DNA of 44,143 bases from Catajapyx aquilonaris (taxonomy: Eukaryota), in the NCBI GenBank assembly GCA_000934665.2, contig JYFJ02003275.1, forward strand, positions 1-44,143, given 5' to 3'. Numbering within the stretch: the first letter of the stretch is position 1; each line of letters begins with the position of its first letter. The notes under the pieces are model-generated. The model had not been told where the DNA came from, ran no database searches, and was given only the letters and a program-made list of their open reading frames with translations. Position numbers and translations under genes: made by a program. Below are positions 34,561 through 44,143 of the stretch, one piece after another.

Positions 34561-37500
34561 CCTGAGGTCATCAGCCCTTGCCATTTACAGCACTGTACTA
34601 CAGTAGTCAACGTCTATCATTTCACCAGTCCTGTAAGACAATCTGCCTGAGGATAGCTTCCAGTATGAAATAGTCGGTTTCTGTGAAGCCACTGTGGCTG
34701 GGTGGGTCGAGTGAATGGAGAAAGCGTGTGTATGAGTTGTGATATCGAAGGCATTGTATTTCCCCGCAGGGAAGGAGGAAGCCCCGGGATCACAGTTGCA
34801 GAGTTGGAAGCCTCTGACAGCCTTAACTCGGGCCACTTCCTCTAATTCCCCAGTTTGTGCAACCACGCCACGTCCACGTTGCAGGAATTGAGCACTTCAT
34901 GTTACAAAGAGCGGTCCTCGCGGCTAATGGACTCCGCGTGCCACGGACCGAGAGCATCGTCGACAAGAAAACATCCCTATCCCTGGAAGGGAGAAAAGGT
35001 GGTGGCCACAACGTTGTGGTTTTTTAAAAAAATTTGGGGGGAGAAAACTGGGTAATCTATTGCTATACCGATGAAGCTAATTTATCTTAGGAAAGGGATG
35101 CTCTTCCGTGAAACGCACTACTCTTCGAGTGTCGTTGCGGACGAGCTGTTCCTGTCATATCCAAGGGAGACGGAGCGTTCTATTCTCTTTTTCTTTATCT
35201 GGGGCTAGGTAAAAGCTTTTACCCATCACGACTCCCCCTTCGTCGCGCTCAAGTCGCTGCTACGTATTCCGTCATGCCAGTTAACGCCTTACCTTCGTCA
35301 TGGACAATTTGGTCAATAACTCCATGCATATGCGATGTGAGTTTTGCCAGAGATGGCTTGGGGAAGGTTGCTTCTAAGTGGAGGTGATTTTTCATGAAAA
35401 GCAGCATGCACCAAATGGAAATCAGGCGGCAGTTTGTGCATCAATTTATGTCCTTTTTGTATTGGTCTTGATGTGTAGGAAAGGCAGTCAAGAATATTAT
35501 CCCACTATCCATCCTGGTGACGGATACTGGAACGACTAAAGTGAAGAAAATCAGATGTCTCTCCTTCCCATTTGGCAAATCATTTCAAAGATCACTAATC
35601 TGCTTCTCTTGTGGGCCACTGGAAGTGTTCTCCCCACTCTCCTTCCCAAAAGAACCTCGAGAAACCTTCCCATGCCAAGCAGTGGGGAACATCTTAATTA
35701 GTCTTCATGATAGATGAAGATAAATGGGAGTATCCGCATCTGCCAAAGTTAGCAGAATCCACAGTGCTGCTGCGTCAGTTACTTCTTAATCCCTGCCTTT
35801 GTCGCAAATGAGATAAATTTTCGACTAGGGAATATCCCTCGTCTTAACTGCAGCGATCGCTCTGCTCTTTTGCATCATCCGCTCTACTTGGCAACGTGTG
35901 ATGGACCTACACAATTAATATTTGTGGGGTGCTTTGCATGCCTCCGGACATCCTTTCGGCGAAAACCTTTATCAAGTTGTAAATTGTGCTTAGTGTTGAG
36001 ATAAGGCCGTGCAATACCCGCAACAAGAAATTTTTCTGCATGCCTTTTTCGGATTTACGACCATTATAAAAGTCGTTGTAAACCATAATAAATTGCTTTC
36101 AGAGCACTGTATATCATTTACGTACATGATGCTGAAAACCAGGGGGCATATACGTCATTTTTTACTTGTGAAGTTGTAAATTTTTAAATGAAAAGTATCG
36201 CAAAACTTTTTTTTTATTTTTCGGGAGGAGACGAAATCTTCCGAAATACTCTTTGCCTTTGTCTTTTCCCCCTAGGCCTCAGAACTTCATTTCCCACGTG
36301 TGGATAATACGCACTCTGAAACAACCATTTGATCATCGACAGGTGCCACGGTTCTCAAGAATGCAATCTAAGAGTTCGAAGCTCATCGTTTATGTTAGAG
36401 CCTCGTCTCAAGTTTGTGCAGTTTCTATTATTCTAGTGCAAAGTGGAAATCAAATGTTTAATTATTATTCATTTCGGAGATGCGGGGAAAAGTCTAGCAA
36501 AGCGCGACACTATTAATAAGCAATTTAATGCAAAATTATTAATGCGTGCACAAACAACTTCGCTGTAATTCCTACATCGCAAATGATTGCACAAGGAAAG
36601 GAAAAGCGCTCAAACTTGAGTCTTCAATGAGGCACCGGTGCAGGTTACACACTAATTCCATGTAACATGAGGTGAGGGGATTAATGTCGAAATTTTGCTT
36701 TTCTCGTCTCTTATACCATCTAACGCAGAGTGACGACCCTTGTACGTTTAGACTTGTCTCATATGAAATTTCCAGATCGGCATTTATGTTTCACCGATAC
36801 AAAGAAAACTGATTCCTCTATGAATCTATGGTACACCAATCAATAGTGACTATTATTATTTGGAGAGTAGTATAAGCATAAACATATCGATGTACTGTAT
36901 GTGCATAACAACCTTTGAGACTGGGAAAAAAGTTTTGCACTAAAGTACGGTATGTCGGAAGATTCACTTTAGTTCAGAACACATAACTTGACCCTTTATA
37001 TTTAAAAAATGTATAAGAACAAGGTCGCCAAAACTTGCACATTCAGCCTCTGGTGATAAAGACACAAGTTTTCAAAACAAGTTCAGTGTTTTATAGCCAA
37101 AGATTTCTTGACGGTTGCCTACACATTCTACGAAGGTCCCTGCAATGCGTATGCCCATTTGTCAGACAAATTTGAGTAAGTGAAGCACTGTAGAACATCC
37201 GGCGAATAAAAAATTGCATGTGGTCTTTTGAAGATGAAGCTGGAGGGGAAAATAATGAATGATTCCCTCCTTATTAGTTCGAACAAACATCCTGGCCTCA
37301 CTCCTGCATAATTTTAGTCTCATATTCACTATCATCCCAACCCTATCATCCCACGCAGTCCCAAGTGTGGAATGGTAAAGTTTAGACCCCGCAACCTGCG
37401 CACTAAAGCCAACGACCAGTGTAAGTCGAAGCTAAAATCACGCCGCCATCGCCATTGGGAGTTTGAAGCACTCCCTAGTCGGTTTTCTCAGATGTAATTC

Positions 37501-40500
37501 TCGGCAAACCCCCAACAATTTACTGCAAAGAAATCCAGTGACACTAACATTGAGTGCAATTCCGATTTCCAATCCAACCTCAGTTCATAAATCAGGAAAT
37601 CATGCCTTAAAAGCAATCTCTCAACCGACTCCACTACTTTACACCCAAGCGCAGTGTCATCCAGTCACAATGACTAATACGTTTCGCAGACTGGCATTCA
37701 TCAAGTGGGTTCACACCCACCCTGTAGTCCTCTGGGGACAGTCATATGAAAAGACTATTGGTGGGACTAGCTGACAGGGCATCTCTCTTAAGCGGGATGC
37801 CAGCCCTTGCCCATCCATTTGGCCTTTGGCCTGACTGTCCCAGGCACTCCTTGTGGGCCTATATGCAGAAGGAAACCTGAACCATGCCTTCCTTGAAATA
37901 TGAGCCCAGAAACGCCTCCTGCTTGATGGCAGCTCCATCTCCAAACCAATCCAGTAAATGGCTCAAGGGAAGCCTGGGATTTCAATTCAGAATATTGTCA
38001 GACATTTGCCAGCCACTTCATATATGCTGCCATCTTGCCCCAAAATGGAGGTCGGGAGGTTTAGTGGGGCAGCACATTCACTTCATAAACGTGCCTCCAC
38101 GATTAGGGTTCATGCCAACGTGGCTAAATCATGGGGCTAGGTCCCCATGGGCTATATCTCGCCAAGTGATTTGCTCCACACTGCGCACCGTTTTGATAAA
38201 TGGTGCGCAATTTATAGCCGCGGCAATATGGAAATATATGCGATGCACGTGATAGACAGTTTCACATGTGATGTCATGTTTGAAGAGTGTGATTAGATTT
38301 TTTTAAATGGTGAAAGTCGAAGCATTCGACTTTTTTAAAAAAAAGTCGGAAAACCACAATTCCTCAAGAGGTCCACTTCCTTCTACACAATTTTCCCTGT
38401 TTCCCTAGATTCTTGCTCGAAAATTTATCCTTCCCTCGCGATTTCCAGGCTCCTGTAGGGGAGGCCCATGAATTGCTCACAAGAGCACTTAACAAGACGT
38501 GATCATTACATTACCATGTAGAAGGCTTGCGTTAGTTATTAATCGTCCTGGCGAGCTTTACATGAACAGCTACTCCTATCGATAATTTGCTTGGAAGAAC
38601 GTTTACATCTTTCATGCTCCGAACTGTCCGCATAATCTGTAATCAATGAACCGAACAATTGAATAGGCAAAGTTGGTCTAGTAGGTCCTATAGTCAGGAA
38701 CTGGAGATAAAATTGAGTGGAGAGCTTTGCAAGAGATTACTTTTTCCCGTTACATCGGAGCAGACCACGTGTTTACACCAGCCAAGGTCTAGCTCAAAAA
38801 TGGATATCTGTTCAAGTCAAGCCAACTTCTCCCATCCCCAGTATCCCCCAAAATGCCTCTCCAACCTCACTGCCCAGTCAAGCTGTATTACATATTCTAC
38901 TGCACGTAAACGACTGTGTAACTATGCAAAAAGTACCATCCATACCAGCGATTTGAAATGTAAATTGGCCACCTCTCCCCCACCACCTCTTACCTCCCTC
39001 GCCCATACCTACACTGCTGGCCACTCCTGACGTTATTTCCTGATAAGAGCCATCGTTATTCTGTAGATTTATCAACATTATAGTGGCCGTAAATTAATCT
39101 CAAATTATGGTTTACGCGTCTCATGAACGTCAGGTGTAACCATCTTTGGATGGAACTTGCAACTGTGAGTGCCTCGTTAAAAGAATACATACCAATAAAT
39201 CGCTAATTTTAATGCACAAGGGCGCACGTGAAATTTAGAGCAGTGTTTATCGAATCCAGTTTAAAGGATGTCAAATGTACTAGAGGGGGTTTAATGCGAA
39301 AAATGTGCCATTGGTTCCGTACGAAATGAAGGAAAATAATAGCTTCCAATAGAGAAGCTGCTTTGATCCAATCTATTCTCTCCTTTAAAAAATCAAATAC
39401 TTTAACTAAATATGACACTAATAGTGTGTATTAAATCGTTAAAAATCTGTTAATCATGTAGGCATTTTAGCATTGTTCTGGGAGTATTCCTAACTATATC
39501 CAAATAAAACATTTACTTCTAGGATGTCAAAATATATTTAACCCGGAAATCTCAAAAAATATGGAAGCGGTAAATGGCTCGTATTACACATTGGGTCATC
39601 CGTCACTGAGCCAACTGCACACCCGTTCTTTTTGATCAACATCACCATTTCTCAAAGCATTCCCGCAAAAATGTCTCATTTGGCTGGCCCCATATTGCGC
39701 AACCCATCCCAGGCTCCAACTTACGACACAATCTGAACATGCACGCGGCCATACCGGACAGGAAAATCTGCTCAGCAACACCACCCAATGGCCCAAAAAC
39801 GGCCAAAACAGTCCGTGGTTTTGGGCATGGGAGAGGGAGATGGAAAGTGTCCGGCCGTGAAGAGCCCACGTGTCCCACTAGTACACATCCGCACCGACGC
39901 CAGATATTCCTTGATAAGCACCATGCTGGCCTCAAACTACCTCGTGAAGATGGATGCGATCCGCGATGGCGCTGCAAATTAATTTCCTGTTCCCTCCAAA
40001 TGACATCCTCCATAACGGGGAATGAGGGGGGACTCAGCAACTCTCCTTCCACCTCCACTCCCCGTCACCTCTGCCTGGTTATTGGCCACAAGCAACGGTC
40101 ATCTAGCTTTATGTATCTGTGAGGGCCCAGGGAAGACATAACCGTTTTGTGCACTGTGCTGGAGGGCCCGATCTACTTGGATTGTAGTTAGTTTTTTTAA
40201 AGAAAACTGCGCGTATAAATTGTCGTCATGAGCGGATCAGTGCCTTGAGAGTCATGAAGAGCAACCTGAGCGGCGTTTCGCCTTGAGCAGTGATGATGAT
40301 ATCGTTTATTTTCGTGTTATCTGCTTGATTTGTGTCGTTAGGTGCTGTTTTCACTTGATGCGTGCTGTAAACGGACTTGCACAATTCACATTAGCTGTAT
40401 TTATTTCCAAGGCGGTCGTGAAAACGGCGTCACTTCCTGAGTGTCATGTCTTATCTGCGCGTTAAACTGGAATTAAGGGCAGCTTTTTGAGTTACGTTCT

Positions 40501-43500
40501 TAAAAACAGCCTCCATGGAAGGATGACGTAATTATTACAGTGATATATGTTCTGAAAAGATAATGAGATATTGTTACAAATCAAGGTGTTTATAGGTTAA
40601 AGTGGGGCAAGATAGTGATCAGCTTGATTTTCACTATGGAATAAAGCACCAATAGTAATATATTCATTACAATTTCAAATTATTACCGTTTCGAGCTCTT
40701 GTGATTAAAGGGTGCAGTTGTCAAGTATATCGTGTTTTCTGTTGCCGTGTTGACACTTATTGTTAAGAGCTTCACATTGTTTTGCCTCGCAATTGTTATA
40801 TCTTTCCCTGTGGCTTGTTACCAATTCTGTAACTTGTATTCACGGACACCCACTATGCAGACTGGAAACATCATGGTAAAATAACAACCTTGCCAAATAA
40901 AAGGAAGTGCTATACTGGTGGAACAGGTGGAAATAGTTTTTTTTAAATCAATTAAAATGGGACTGAACACGACTTTGCACGATTATTATTTCTCAGCTTG
41001 TGGAAATATTATTATCCGGTGAAGTACAGTATAGCCTACATGCAAAAGCCACACACCCGTGCACGTGCACTGAAAAATTGCATGCAGTATTTGCCAATAT
41101 GAGTATGCAAGTGCTGTATTGTGGTGGGCACTCATTGTTTTGTATATTATGTGAATTCACAGGCCTAACGTGAGTAAGGTGAGAAATGTGTCGCCGGTGT
41201 AGTAGAACTCTAAGGATATACTAATCAACGAATGTCAACAACATATTTAGCCGATTGCTTACCCATTTAAAAACGTTTACATAAAAAGACCAAATTGGCC
41301 TTTGTTCTATTTATAATGGGTAATAACATCATGCAGGTGTACTTATGATGATATTTACAGCCCATTTATTATGTTGCTCCGATGAATAGGATGCTGCCTA
41401 CTGTACGTATCCTATTGGCTGCCAGTGGTGAAAAATAATGGGCCAAAAATTTAAAAATTCATAATTTTATCCGAGCCTGAGACTGAACAAGTGTGTGGTA
41501 TTCGTTTGATATTCTCATTTCACTAGCAAAAATTCACATATTCCTAAGTGACAGGGTCCTCTGTAATATTGATGATGCATACATCAGAAAGGAGAGCGGC
41601 ATAGAAAAATTAACTTATATCTGCAAGTAGCCTATATATTTTTTGCCTTTTACATTGTGCCTTTGTCCCAGCAAAATGGAAAATGTAGGTTACATTCAGG
41701 AACACATAAAGCAGTATAATATTTGACACGACCATTTTAACATGCGGTACATATAGGCCAAAATGAACATAACTGGTGCAGTGTATAAAAGTAAACTCAT
41801 TATGCAGTGTCCGTCGTCGTTGTCCTCGAATCCTGGTTGGCATTTTCCAGCCGTAGCACGGCTTCGTCGGGGATGCCTCATGAAAAACATTTCGCACATG
41901 CATGTAATCGCATGGCACACATCGCTTGTCAAATGAATTCGCGGTATGCACCGGATGATGTGGCAGCAGCAGGATTCTAGATATACCACGACTATCAGCT
42001 GAAGAATGTGCTCTCCATTCTGATTGCTCCTAACTCTTTGATGCTGCTGAAATATTTCTCATGGTCTCTCCCCAACAGTACTTTGCTCGACTTGTACTAT
42101 CAATCCTGAATTTGAGAAAGTTCATCTTGTAGCCTTAATCACAGGGAATAGTAGGATAAAATGAATTATACAGTGAACAGGTAATGGAACTACTTAACAC
42201 TGACATCCGTTGTAAATGTTTTAATGCGGCTCAGATAACGCTAATGACTCTTAACTGCGGACACTGTTGACGGCAGCTCCTGTGTGGCCAGCGATTTTTT
42301 GCATGCATTTTGCAGACCGGAATTACACCCATGGTACATTCCATAGTTTCTGGTCTGGCCTGCATTATGACCTTCATGAGGCTAACTTTGAATAATATTG
42401 AGACGGCAGGCCAAAAGGGACAATAACTACTTATACGACTGTAGTAGTTTGCTATTCTAACGCATCTGCCCTCTCCCTCCAGGCCAGAAGCTAACCCTTG
42501 CACAGCTTAATGATTTTGCTTATTGCATAGCACGATAACCAAAGTTGCGTACCTCTAGAGCAGGCCCTCCATTTTACAATTGCCAATGCAAGTCATAAAA
42601 CCGTTAGGTTTCATTAAAACGAGCGACGAGTTAGTTGGTATCAAATTACTTTAAAGCTTCCGGACAGTAAGTTGGAAAGTGATCCTGACTATAAACGCCG
42701 GAAGTTTATTACCCATTAGGAAGAAACTAGCATTCAGAGTTTATTACAAGAAAGAGCCCAGCGCAATGCCACCCCTTCCTTCAACCGATTTTCACCCCAC
42801 ACATATACTATATACAAGGTGATTCTCAAAGATACTGCCATTTTATAGTCGCATGACATATCGACATGCGTTAATCGGCAGTCAGAATTGCCAAATCGTT
42901 CTCTCTTAAAGAGCTTTAACGATCGGCCCATATGGTCTCTCTGGTATTCAAACTGCATACAGATTTTAATCAATCAGATGACCTAAACAAGTAGTACTTT
43001 TGAAGGCATAAGTCTGGAAGCGAGTGGCTCCGTCAAGTGGACAATTACGTATCGATCTACCTGCAAAATTTATCGTAACTCCATAACCTTACACTGTACG
43101 TCTGGACGTCCCAACTCTTGTAGTACCATATAGCTGTGTTCGGTTATTGCCCTGAGTAATAGCAATGTAAGTTAATTATTTGCTATGATTAAACATTTAA
43201 ATTCTTAACCTTACTTTAACATTATCATCGCACATTCCCGATGCAGCGACAATTCATCCGAAAAGTTCTGGACAAGGCTAAGCTCCATATTGCGTAACCG
43301 ATTTTTTTTTAAACCGAAAGCACCCCGCTAGCTATAACTTCCGGAGAGGCGCACTTCTGGACCACCCCGCACTCTCACCCTCTCTTGCTTTTGCTTTCAA
43401 CTCTGTTAAAAATGCACAATGTTAAGGCGCATCGCTGGTTTTAGTTTAAGCTTCGTCGATTTTGAAAAGGTCTGGAGACCATTCGCATGTTCTACGTGTC

Positions 43501-44143
43501 CCTGTTCCGGATGGGGCATGGGAGGCAGGGGAGAACAGAGTAGGTGCACTTGCGCCAGTTATCATTTCACTCATGGGGGTGGATCAAGCAGAGGTCTGCT
43601 TTTGCACCACCAAGTCCTTTGTACATTTTCCTCTCTCCACCTCTCTCACACTCTCTCTGGCGAAAAAATATATATATGAAAATGTGGGAGCCCTGGTGCC
43701 TGTTCCATTTTCCGGCCACGTCTAATGGCTGAATTTACGAAAGGGGCTTCTCAGATTTGTCACTGATTACGTATCGTGCGCTCCTCGCTTCGCCACTCCC
43801 GAATAAGAAGAGAACCGTGGTGCCAACTTTGAACTCGGCGACTCGGAGCCAAAATTTCTTCCTCCCTGACAAGTCCAGATTACATAAATATGACTTTCCT
43901 TCCCCCACCAAAATCCGACCGGGTACAGTCTTTTTATGCAGGAGGATGGGTATAGATTTTGTGCTTTGAGGAGACCGATCGTTGCTCGGGTTACGAAAAA
44001 CAAAGTTTCTTCTCAGCAACAGGTGTGAGTAAACATTTGAAGAGCTTGTGACACCATGTGGCAACTCCGCCACGTGGTGGCCGGGAAAGTGGCAACCATG
44101 TCGGAGGAGGGGGTTCGCCTTCTTCCCTTTCCCTTCCCCGATA

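Noticed and set aside
39596..40122. Overlapping 127-138-aa ORFs with faint RNase H-like (HIRTDARY) and integrase-like words
   Set aside because: The words fall in different overlapping frames and lack the other catalytic residues. Locally higher GC explains the open frames.
42040..42135. Minus-strand GYKMNFLK resembling an L1/Tx1 reverse-transcriptase motif
   Set aside because: An isolated short word with no YADD motif upstream and stops nearby.

Overview
This window reads as metazoan (probably invertebrate) non-coding genomic DNA, either a large intron or a gene-poor intergenic region. CpG is not obviously depleted. No ORF in the supplied track matches a protein family convincingly, and I see no rRNA, intact tRNA, CRISPR array or prokaryotic operon structure. 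What can be supported is a set of non-autonomous transposable elements, several with exact target-site duplications (TSDs). These are an hAT-type MITE (6106-6625, 8-bp TSD), a 96-bp hairpin MITE (3411-3506), an hAT/P-type MITE with a perfect 117-bp internal palindrome (27008-27213, 8-bp TSD), a modular inverted-repeat element (30008-30656) and a tRNA-Arg(ACG)-derived SINE (30825-31181, 16-bp TSD). The most structured locus is a 3.1-kb TA-flanked foldback element (19613-22700). Its left arm holds a Harbinger-like MITE, its right arm holds a complete non-autonomous Helitron, and its centre holds a third MITE; each arm supplies the empty site for the other arm's insertion. TACAGTA/TACTGTA words, which match Tc1/mariner excision footprints, look over-represented. 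A few weak candidates (a C-ending-codon-biased small ORF, micro-exons, decayed transposase fragments) are flagged at low confidence. I found no well-supported novel protein-coding system here.
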